The position numbers and the translations under genes were made by a program. This document shows positions 37,201 through 47,664 of a stretch of DNA of 64,000 nt, piece after piece. The stretch lies in NCBI GenBank assembly GCA_008632985.1, contig QPGO01000269.1:1-64000 (forward strand), given 5' to 3'. This DNA comes from Psammoneis japonica (lineage: Eukaryota). Each line of letters begins with the position of its first letter. Positions within the stretch are counted from its first letter, which is position 1. The notes under the pieces are model-generated. The model was not told where the DNA came from. It did no database searches and was given only the letters and a program-made list of their open reading frames with translations.

Positions 37201-37429
37201 GTGGCAGCTGATAGCCAACGACGATCGACGTGGTTTGGTAGATGCTTTGACGCAAGCACCGGGTCTTGCCCACATTCGGAGCAGTGATGGTCGTGGGCCA
37301 ATGTTCTGGGCACACGAGCATGGTAGAAAACCAATTATCAAGCTTTTGAAGAAGTTGGGAGTTAGTGAAAGCTTGCAAGACGCCGACGGGATGACTCCAC
37401 TCGAGTTATCCAAATCAGACGAATTGTAG
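34254..37429 (+). CDS. STT3: Oligosaccharyltransferase catalytic subunit STT3 with C-terminal ankyrin-like repeat (introns 36423-36515, 36611-36705, 36961-37062)
   Basis: IHEFDPYFNYR, GGYDNE, SVAEHQ, WWDYG and DGNTWN motifs; three GT-AG introns keep frame; last exon DGRGPMFWAHEHG...LLKKLG...DADGMTPL. Confidence 0.95.
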
Positions 37430-38409
37430 TCGCGTTTAACTAGTAGATAGCAGCCAGGGAACGGAAGTTTTCTCTACTCTTAAAAGGTCTTTGATTCGCG
37501 ACGCTAGATCCTATGAATATGGTCGGCATCCAAACAGTGAGCTTTGGACTTCCCGCCCTAACTTTACAACAGCCAAGGATAGAAAATTAAATGATATATG
37601 TAAATGCCTCAGAGACGAACATAAATTTATATTCCCAGTAGACCGCGTAGATTGTGCACCGGTGAAAATCCACCGTCTGTCAACTCACTCAGTAGTAATT
37701 CTACGTATATTCTACTTACACCTCACGCACGGACACACCCCTACACGGTCTAAAGAATCAATCAATCATCGCGCCCGACACCACGATACGATGACACGTT
37801 CTGTCGAACGAGTTCCGGCCCACCCGGAATAGTTACCAAGCCATTTGGGAACAGCTAACGGTATATCAATGAGGTACTTGCGGATCATATTATATGTCCC
37901 ATTGGCTTGGTAACTCTTCCTGGTTGATAAAAAATGAACGACGGCAAAGGATTCACGTGTTGTTTTGTCGTGCTTTGTCGTCAACAGCCAGGTTAGTCGA
38001 GTTAATCCCATGAGAAAACCTACAGTATGTACCGGTACTGTGTAGGCCTACCTACCGTACAGTACATAAGTGCGGCAACTTCACTTTGCAATGAAAATCT
38101 GCCACCAAACTGTTTTGTCTAGCGGAGAGCCGCTTTCGATTGTTTAACGCATTGATGTCGTCAGACAGATTAATTATGGAACGAGATATTCTTTATGTCT
38201 AAACGAGAGTCATATGACCGTATGTATTATATGCTGGATGTGTCCTTGCCTATAATTGGTGCTAAGCAACGTGCCAAACAAGATTGAAAGAATAGAGAAA
38301 TTCGACATTCTCGAAAGAAAAGAGTTGTTCACCTCAGCTCGCCCGGTTGTTCCCTCATATTTCCCCATACCATCGAACCTTGGCGGAACAAAACAAACAC
38401 AGCTTCATC

Positions 38410-41400
38410 ATGGCAAGTACGAAGATGAATCATCTCGTGGTGGTGGTTCTCTTGTCCCTTGCCTCATTTGGTGAATCGCAGTCGATCGGAGGAAGGAGTC
38501 TTGACAGCAGCACTTCTAGCCGCTTGTCGTCGATTCTCGCCAAGGTCGAAGAGATGACCGCAAAATCAAATCTCTTCAACTCATCATCCCGACAGAGTGG
38601 AGAGGAACTGTTCCTTAAATCTTCTAACCGGGAACTGAAGTCGATTTGCGTCAATTCAGAGACCTGTGGTACCGGTGATCCAAACGACTGCACCGACAAC
38701 CTTGGATCAATCGGAGATTGCTCCTGCAAGGCGTTGGATCCGGCTAATCAATTGATGCAGTGTGGGTTGAATAGTGGTATGATCGGTGACAACGCTTGCA
38801 ATGAAGCGGATGGAACTAACCAGTGCTTCTTCAATCAAGGAAAGATTGCGAAAGAATCATGCAATGGCGGAATCGGGGATTTCATTTGCGGGTCGAATTT
38901 TGGGGAGATTCAATGGGATTCTTGCAATGACGGCTCAGCCTTTACGTGTGATTTAAATGGAGAGTCTGGGATTGCAATTATAGGACGAGATTCTTGCAAC
39001 AACGTACGTTGCGTCTTGTCATTGCATGCTTTGACCACCAATCTCGAAAAAATTCTCACTTCCGTTTGTTTGAATAAACTTATTTTAGGGTGGGGTAGAG
39101 ACCTGCGCCCGTAATGGTAAAGATGGCGAAGGCGAGATTGGACAAAACTCTTGCAATAACGGTGGACCCTCTACTTGCAGGGCTAAGTGAGTAGCCCTTG
39201 TTCTGCAGCTGCATCTTGGAAAGCCTTCTGCAAGGCTGATCCACAGGCATCCGTCACAAACGAGACTCGCTCAACCTTTCCATTGCCCCTTTTTCGTTTT
39301 TTTCGTTTCGTTCAGTGGTGCAAGTGATGGTAAGGGTGTCATTGGCGCGAGCTCATGTAACAACGGTGGTGAAGGTGCATGTTTGGGAAATGGTGGTGAA
39401 GGTGAGAGCAAACTTAATTCTACTCTTAAACATTACAAACTTAATTCGATTCTTAAACTTTACAACTAATTCGACGCTGACGACAAGGAGGCAGTGGATC
39501 TATCGGAAGTGACTCTTGTAACAACGGAGGCGACTTCACATGTTTTCTCAATGGTGCCGGTAAGCCTTCAACTTTTTCCTCAGTTTTGCTTCCTGCCATT
39601 TCACCTCATGTGAGCTTCTCTATTTTTTCTTTTCGCTGTTCTCAGGGTTCAACTCGACTGATGGCAACGGCGTCATTGGGGACGGCTCGTGCAATGGAGG
39701 AGGGATTGATACATGCAGCTTGAATGGTGAAGGCGGCAATGGCTTCATTGGAGACTGCTCCTGCAACCCAAAATTTAACGGCGTGGGCACAACATGTGCT
39801 GCAAATGGAATCGATCAAGTAAGTGCCATACCCTCCACAATATCGAACAGGGCTTGCAATGCACCAGACGCCTGCAACGACAATCAAGGCTTCATTTCGG
39901 ACCTGGCATGTAATGCTCCCGGTAAGCCTTCAACTTTTTCCTCGGTTTTGCTTCCTGCCATTTCACCTCATGTGAGCTCTATTTTGTTTGTTTTTTTCGC
40001 TGTTCTCAGGCGCCTGCAATAACAACCAGGGCACTATTGAAACTGGATGTTGCAACTACCAAGGGGCGTGCCAGAGCAATCCTCCAGGAACTACCATTTC
40101 CAAGGATAGCAATCCAGGTTTATGCCAACATGATGAAGCCTCGCCAAAGGAAATAGCATGTCCAATCCTTGGAGCTTGCTGTAACTTTTTGAAACGCGAT
40201 TGCTATTTAGCATATGAAGGAGATTGCCAAGACGTGGATGGTGGAGACGTTTGGAAGGGTCCGGGTTCTACTTGTAAAGACGACTGCAAGGGCGCTTGCT
40301 GTCCAAAAGCGGGGTCTGATCGCCGTTGTTTCAAGGGTTCGATTAACGAGTGTAACGCTAATGGTGGTATCTTCCAAGACTTTGGCGTAACTTGTGGTGA
40401 TGCAACTTGCCCAACCTTGCCGCCTACCACGTCTCCTACCCCAGCTCCGACTCCGGTTTCCGCTACCCCGGCTCCAACCACGCCTCCCACTACGCCGGTT
40501 CCTACCGCGTCTCCTACCCCGTCACCAACGCCCTTTAAAGACTCTCCTGGCGCTTGCTGTACCTTGTTTCGCGGATGCAAGAAACTTTCGCAGGAATCGT
40601 GCAAGTTGGATGGCGGCAAATTTCTGGCACCAGGCCTCGAGTGTGACGACCCAAAGGCCGAATGCCCGACCAAGGGAGCTTGCTGCTTGGAGGATGGATG
40701 TAAGATAACCTTCAAGAAGGAGTGTACCAACCAAAAGGGCGAGTTCAAAGGATTTGGTGTGAAGTGTGAACTCGGCTTGTGCCCGACTAAACCGCCAACC
40801 CCGGCTCCAACCACCGCTAAGCCTACCATGAAACCCACAGTTACTCCTCCCCCGACTGGAGCATGTTGTGATGTTGAGGAGGGTACCTGTGAGCAAACCA
40901 CAGAAGAAGATTGCGACACAGGCGTTTTCCTCGGACTTGGAATTAAGTGCAAGCCCGGTATTTGTCCTACAAGAACGTCCCCTGGGGCTTGCTGCCTCGC
41001 CACTGGAGAGTGCCGCTTTTGGTCTCAAAGGACGTGCGCTACGAACGGAAATTTCTTTCTAGGTCCAGGTACCGTCTGCAAGAATGTTGTATGCCCCGTC
41101 AAGACTCCAAGCCCAACTCCGACACCCCAGAAGAAACCGATTGGTGCGTGCTGTTTCGAAAATGGACTATGTCGCAACCTAAGGCCCGCCGTGTGCAGGA
41201 AGAAGTACGGCATGTTCTTGGGTATCGGCACCGCATGCACTGCGGATTTCAGTTGTCCCATTTCGGACGGTGGCAAGCCTGGAGCGTGTTGCTTGGTGGA
41301 TAAAAGGATGTGCAAGATGCTCGATATGAAGACCTGTACCAAGAGCGGAGGATACTTCTCTGGATCAGGCAGCAAGTGCAGTAAGAAGACCTGCCCTGTG

Positions 41401-41657
41401 GCGTACGGCGCTTGCTGCTTGCCCAATGGATATTGTGCCGTGACGAACAAGAAATCCTGTGCTAAGAAGTATGGAAACTTTGTTGGATTCGGTACCAAGT
41501 GCAAGAAGGGCACCTGCTCCTCTAAATCCGGGGCCTGCTGCTGGAAGAATGGCAATTGCATGCTATTGAAGCAAGCCAAGTGCTGGAAGCGTGGGGGGCA
41601 TTCAAGGGAGCTGGTGTCATGTGCACGAAGGACACCTGCCCTGTGACGAACAATTGA
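38410..41657 (+). CDS. Large secreted Cys-rich repeat protein (IGxxSCN repeats, GACC repeats, PTPAP linkers); introns 39004-39088, 39187-39315, 39402-39487, 39560-39645, 39922-40009
   Basis: Signal peptide, GRSL/RELK propeptide-like motifs, in-frame splicing of six exons, about ten GACC...C...GG.F.G.G..C...CP units. Apparent 1-nt frameshift at G6 41593-41598 (stop at 41646 as written, 41657 if corrected). Confidence 0.88.
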
Positions 41658-42030
41658 GAGGAATAAATCGACCTTCGTCATGGGATCCCCTCTATGATAC
41701 ATAATTTAGTTCTGTATTTCGACCATGATACCTCTGCATAAAGTGTTTCAATTTCGTGTTCAGTTGATCTTTCGCCCTGGACTACGCGGTCTCTAAAGTA
41801 AAGTAGAAATCTAGGTGTTTTTTACTTTCAATGATTGGTTGCCGTTCCTTCTTTCTAACTTACTGCGTGGAATATCAGCCGTCGTGAGACGGGAGAGCTG
41901 AACATCACAACATCCATCATGTCGGTCGCTTCTATCATGGAAGTACTGCTGCATAAATCACTATTGCATCACAACTAAATCTCTATAGTAGCAGCCATAT
42001 AGTAGATTCCAATTTTTCTTTAGAAGCCAT

Positions 42031-42495
42031 TCAGTATCCCAAAAGCTTGCGGCCTTTATCACTGGTAAAATCTAAACCGGGAATCGACAAGGCCGGCGGT
42101 TTGTCCTCTCCCTTTACGACAGTCCCAGTTCCAAACGTCCCTCCAAGTATTCCAACTTCACCCGATTCTGCAGATACACTCCCCGACAAGCCGTCCGTGC
42201 GGTCGGGTTGATCGCAGTAGTCTTTGCAGGTTTCTTGGCAGTACCCAAGATCTTTTGGTGCGATAATTTTACAGTTTTTAAAACAGTCCGACATGCAGTC
42301 GGCAGCCGCAAACGCGGGAGAAACAATCACTCCCCAACTGGCGGCCGTTGTTGCGGCAGTCGACAAGAGGCTTCGACGAGACATTGACACGGTACCGTCA
42401 GCATGCTTGTTGTTGTTGTGGAGTGACGGGGACAAGGCATCAACTCGAGCGACCGTCAAAATAATGGCAACTGCAAAGGCGGTACGAACAGTCAT
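42031..42495 (-). CDS. Small Cys-motif protein with tripartite thylakoid-lumen targeting
   Basis: Signal peptide (..VDA-L), SRRSLL twin-Arg, AFA cleavage site, mature CxxxCxxxC...CxxxCxxxC. Confidence 0.8.
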   Translation of the reverse strand: MTVRTAFAVAIILTVARVDALSPSLHNNNKHADGTVSMSRRSLLSTAATTAASWGVIVSPAFAAADCMSDCFKNCKIIAPKDLGYCQETCKDYCDQPDRTDGLSGSVSAESGEVGILGGTFGTGTVVKGEDKPPALSIPGLDFTSDKGRKLLGY

Positions 42496-42679
42496 TTTTG
42501 TGCGAAGAAACAGTACAAGTCGGAAGCACGATGCTTTCAACGCGTCGTTGATGTCAAGATTGGCTGTGCCGATTGAATCCAGTAGCCAAGATGAGCAACG
42601 ACTACAGCAGAGGGAGTAAATGAAAGCGATGACGGATGACGTTATTGAACGTTGTGGATGTCGCGCGTGTACCATAGTT

Positions 42680-43445
42680 TTGCCGCGCAAAAAAAGCTGC
42701 TGAGGACACCGCCAGCAGAAGATGCTGGGCTGTGCGCCGAATCATCAGTTGGCATGAGGCTGCCACTGCATGCTGGGGGACCCTGCTGGCCTTGGGAGAA
42801 GACCTTCACAGTGCCAGCAAAGTCATGTCCACTCCCAAGGTGCAATGACATCTGTGCACTTTTTCAGAAGAGAGAACTGAAAAAAGGTTTGTTTTTGGGT
42901 TTGGCGCTGGCGAGTTGCTGCGCCGCTCTCGATGAAAGCTCAACAGGTGGCTGTCCTCATCCAGTTTCTGCATCCAAAATGTGTCATCACTGGTTAAGCT
43001 GGTGGTGCATTTGAGCTTGCTATGGGGGGCACCACTCAAACTGCGGCCACTGCTGGCCCCGCTTTGGACATTTTTTGTGCGGTTTGTCGTTTGTCAGCAG
43101 CACACCAAGGGCGAAGCCCTGCCCTTTGTTACAGCACAGCAATTGCTCCCACCTCTCTCTGTCCCTGCTGCTCATCAGCTTGGGTTTGGAAGAAGAGCTT
43201 TTTAGCACCGGCAAAGTGGTTTGTGCTCCCAACTTTGTGTGCACCCGCTCAGCTGTTGGAAAAGATTTCTCAAAGGAGGAGCTCTTCCGTGAAAACCCAT
43301 CTGGTTGAGGCAAGCCAAAGAGTCAGCCAGCTCATCCAGGATGGGACAGCAGCAGTCCAGCCAGCCTCAGTGGTGCCATGGGAACACCTGCTGAACGATG
43401 GGGGAAAACGCAGATGACGCAAACGGCTGGTGCACCGCTGGGTGT
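42680..43445. mobile_element. Isolated ~760-bp decayed insertion (TpA/CpG-depleted island)
   Basis: Abrupt composition change on both sides; weak terminal inverted similarity gtgtacca..gttttgc / gtgcacca..gtttgc. Confidence 0.55.
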
Positions 43446-43864
43446 TTTAGCGTTCGTGATTTAAATGTCCTAGATGACATCCGTACGACAATTATTTAAA
43501 TATTTAGTACCGTTGAGTTTTTATCGTTAAAGACTCAATCGTGGCACATCACTATGAAAATAAGGCATTTTCTTTTAGTTACTAAGTCAATAATTGAAGA
43601 AGTGACCGCCACCCACTCGAAAATATGTCGGTTCTACTCGTAATTCCAGTTCAGAATTCACGACTAGAATCCCTTAATTGATTCGTTGTCCCGCGTACGT
43701 GAGTCAGCCTCCAGTAAAAAATCACGATTAGGAAAGAACAGTGTTTCAAGGAAACCACAAAAAATCGCTTTTCGATGCGAGTTTCACACGATAAGCACCT
43801 CGCCGACTTCTCCTTTTAGCATTATCACCATACTGTTAGTGGCGATTCGATACCTTTTGTTGCA

Positions 43865-45124
43865 ATGCAACAGCCAAATGGGAATCACTCCTATTCGGAA
43901 GACCGACAGCACGTATCAGAGGCTCTTGAGCTGCTTATGCTTCAACAAGAACAGCTTCAGCAGCAATTAGACGCTCAAATGTGTAGAACAAACAATGAAG
44001 CCCTTATGATGCAACAACAGTATGCCGCGCAACAGCAGCTTTCCATGCAGAACGCTCAAAAGCAACAGCAGCAGCAAATGTTTTCTGATTTTTCTATGGC
44101 TGGAGGATATAACACCGCAATCTTAGGCGCTTCCGGTCTTTCCGCTCCAAGGCTTGCAAGTACCTCGCCGTCCTCTACGGGAAGCGAATACACTTCAATA
44201 CCCTCTCTGAATGTGCTTCGATCAGCATCACAACGTCTGGAGAGTTATTCAAATGACTTGAATGCTTCTTTATTTCAGGAGCAGCGGCAACAACAAGAGA
44301 TGCATCTTGCTCAACACCATCAAACACTCGAGCAGATGGATCCGTTAAACACCCCAACGGCCCAGTCACTTGTGACTGTACTCCAAAATACCAAACCTCT
44401 ACACAATCAAAGACAAGAGTGCATTGATGACAATGTCCTCAAAGCACCACCACCGCTCCCTATTCAAGAAAACATTTTGATGCAAGGTGCAACAACGACA
44501 CTATCACCACCACAACAGAAAAACGATCCTTCCATGTACCTGCTTCATCAAGCGTGTCGGTTGTACGCCTCGACACCGTCCGTGATTGAATGTGCACTGA
44601 GAGCTGACCCGGCAAGCGCCTTTCGTCGACAGCCTTGTCCGAAAAACGCTCGTGGAAATCCCAGTAAGTACGTTTACCCCATCAACATTGCCTTATCCAA
44701 CAAGGCCAGTTTTGAAGTGCTGCATTTGCTGGCGCACGCGGCTCCTGAGACACTGTTGGAACCCGATGGACCCGACGCTTGCAGTACTGTGGCCTTGGCA
44801 TTGTCGGAATTGGATGACACAAACGCCCTGCTGGCAGTATTGAATTTGTTTTCTAAAGTGAATCCTCGGTATGCGTCCACAAGAGACGCCAAGAAAAACT
44901 TTCCCTTGCATAATGCGTGTTGCAAGGTTTTGCCCGTACAGGTGGTTCAGAAAATTGTGGAATCGTGGCCTCAAGCGCTACACGCCAGAAATTTTCATGG
45001 GCAAGCTCCGTTGGATATTGCGCAACGGAGTGGGAACATTTTGCAGTCTTCGGATGAGGTCGTGAATTATCTACAAAAAGCGTGTTTTGATAAACTGGAA
45101 GAGAGTGCGTGCCATTTGGACTAA
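43865..45124 (+). CDS. Gln-rich protein with C-terminal ankyrin-like repeats
   Basis: LLHQAC, YPINIAL, FPLHNAC and GQAPLDIA repeats; poly-Q N-terminus. Confidence 0.85.
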   Translation: MQQPNGNHSYSEDRQHVSEALELLMLQQEQLQQQLDAQMCRTNNEALMMQQQYAAQQQLSMQNAQKQQQQQMFSDFSMAGGYNTAILGASGLSAPRLASTSPSSTGSEYTSIPSLNVLRSASQRLESYSNDLNASLFQEQRQQQEMHLAQHHQTLEQMDPLNTPTAQSLVTVLQNTKPLHNQRQECIDDNVLKAPPPLPIQENILMQGATTTLSPPQQKNDPSMYLLHQACRLYASTPSVIECALRADPASAFRRQPCPKNARGNPSKYVYPINIALSNKASFEVLHLLAHAAPETLLEPDGPDACSTVALALSELDDTNALLAVLNLFSKVNPRYASTRDAKKNFPLHNACCKVLPVQVVQKIVESWPQALHARNFHGQAPLDIAQRSGNILQSSDEVVNYLQKACFDKLEESACHLD

Positions 45125-45267
45125 CAAAACATGAACACAATTTTAATACAATAAAGAGTTCATACTGAATACCCTCCTATCTCTACAGCAGTTGTCTACC
45201 AGCTAGAGCTAACTCGGCAGTTCCGCTCCTGACTAGAAATACTGTGTTCCGTTTAGTTTAGTGCTAC

Positions 45268-47440
45268 TCAACGCAAAGCTGCCCGTCGATTAAAGAACCT
45301 CTGACGGCCACGAACATCCCTGGCTAGAGCTTGTGGTCGAGCATGCGTCAAGTCATTGAACCACCAGGTATCAATCGAACAACGAATACGACCCTGTTCT
45401 TTCCCGTCCTTGACGAGGGGTTCGTCAATTTCGATTGTTGTCATGTCGTCTCCGTGGTGTGCTGCTGCAGATGTTGCTGAATCGTGGGCCCTAGCGCCAC
45501 CAAAAAACATGGAACTACGTCGAAAGAGACCTGATCGTCGGCTTTCCTGACTGCTACCAATGGAATTCGCCGACGCCCGGAGCGCGTCACTGTGTTCCTT
45601 GCTTGTCAAGTACAGTTGCGCTAGATTGAGAGCAAAGGTTCCAATGACATTGTCATCCAAAACCGACTTTTGGTCGTGCACCGTAATGAGTAACAACGCG
45701 CCCGTCAAATCTTGTTCCTCATCGGTCTTTGGATTCTTCATGATTAAATGAATCTCTTCTCCACTCCAATCCGGATCACTGCAATTCAGCTTTCGACTCG
45801 TTCGCGTCCATCCCCGTGATGTACGCTGTACAACACCACTCTTTTCCTTCTTTTTCACACGCGACGAAATGCGCAGCTTGTGTTTGAATTTTTGCCACTT
45901 GGTCAACTCTTGTCGTACGAGCTCTTTTGGTATCGACACAAAGGTAATGTACGGATCGGGTTTGGTGTTTGCTGAAATCCAAGACTTGAGATTGGTACAC
46001 TTGAGTTCATTGAAAAACAAATGCAAGCTGTCGTCCTTGACACGATCGGGTGTAGGAGCAAACAAGTTTCGCATGGATTTTCTGCAAAAGAGATGCGAAA
46101 GGACCAAAAAGTTTAGATATATTGCAAGCTCCGCGCAAAAAAGGAATTCTCTCGACATTCACATACCTTCGTAAGGAGTGGTGACCTTCGGATACTCGTT
46201 TGATTTCTGGATTCAAGGTGATTTCAAAAGCGCCCCGAATCGGTTTGTGGTCCGACGTGGTAAAGGCTTCAATGGGTTCATAGGTGAGCGGCTTGACCCG
46301 GTTACTCAATTGATGTGCACAGTTCCACACGATTCGGTCCGTATAACTCGGTGTCCGGCTCGCCTTGTACTGAAACCCCGGTTCGCGATCCACCTTGAAG
46401 GTGGGTGGAAACTCACAGGGCAAGGTTTCAAATCCCACCAAACAGTCCTTGTTTTTCAGGGCATAGTGCAATTCATCCGCATCATTCAATTCATGCCACT
46501 GCTTCTCATCAATCATTTCCTGTACAGTCGCATTGATGTTATCCTTGTCCTTGACGTCCTTTAGCAAACTCGTAATGGTTCGAAAGTTCAAATCGCCACT
46601 GACAAAACAGTAATGATTGGTCAACGTGGCATCGTACAAGAATCCACCGCTTGTATTGGTGGTGGAGGTACCGTGCAAAATTTCTGCCAAATTCGAACAC
46701 CGTCCTTGATAATGCGTCGTACCCTCGTGAGCTTCCAAATGTGCCGAAACAAAGGCCAACCGCGTGCCACCACCCACCGTGATGGAAGCGACAATGCCGC
46801 CCTTGTTGGCCGCGACACTGGCAAGGCCCGTATTTTCCGCCTTTACAGATTCCACCTTGACGGGTATGGAATCTTGATGTGTCAAGACAATCATTCGCAT
46901 TTGTCCCCGTTGAAAGGCAACATGCCACGTATATGACGGCAAGCGCTTGGCAATCAAATCGTGCAACACTTTTGTGCCGCCCACCCAGTCGGAGGGGAGT
47001 TTGAGCTTTTTCTTGGTATGATCCTTGGAACCCGCCAATTGTTGAACTGTATTGAGCACTTCCTTTCCAACCTTTTCGGCTCCCTTGACAACGACGTTTT
47101 CCACGAGAATCTTTTCTGGACTGCTAAAGCCTCCTTTTTTCGAAGAATCCACGTCTTTGCCGTTTTCTTTTGTTTTTTGTTCAAACGTTGCTTCTTGCAT
47201 TCCAATTACAATCATGTCAAAATATTCTTGTGATGGTTGTGATGCATGGAGGCGGCTATCGAATTTGACACACCGATCACTGCCGTTGGGTTCTTGGTCG
47301 TCGTTGTCTTGTTGTCGTTGCTGCACCACCTCGTCGATTGCGCCGTCCTTGGGCAACCACGCATGTATGGATTCTAAATTGGGTTCGGCGTTGCCCATGT
47401 TGGCAGAACAAATCAATAATTTGTACTTTTTGTCCAGCAT
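45268..47440 (-). CDS. Inositol polyphosphate 5-phosphatase with C2-like C-terminal region (intron 46166-46082)
   Basis: IGMQE, NKGG, SAHLEAH, GDLNFR, PSYTDRI and SDHKPI motifs; intron keeps frame. Confidence 0.92.
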
Positions 47441-47664
47441 GGTTCTTGTATCATACAGCACGACTACTGCACCAATGACAAGAACAACAACAACAGGCAG
47501 CGTGAAAGCGACACAGCGCACTACTACAGCAAAAACCAAAGACAACAACTACTAAAACACAAAAATGAGTCTTGTGTGTTGTTGGCAGATTCAAGATGCG
47601 CGGATTTTCAGTTTTTCATTTTTTCGTAGAATCTACGACAATTTTTGTACGAGCACTGTGTTGA

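Noticed and set aside
31930..37429. Glycosylation gene cluster (nucleotide-sugar transporter near STT3)
   Set aside because: Only two genes separated by an unrelated ORF; proximity could be chance.
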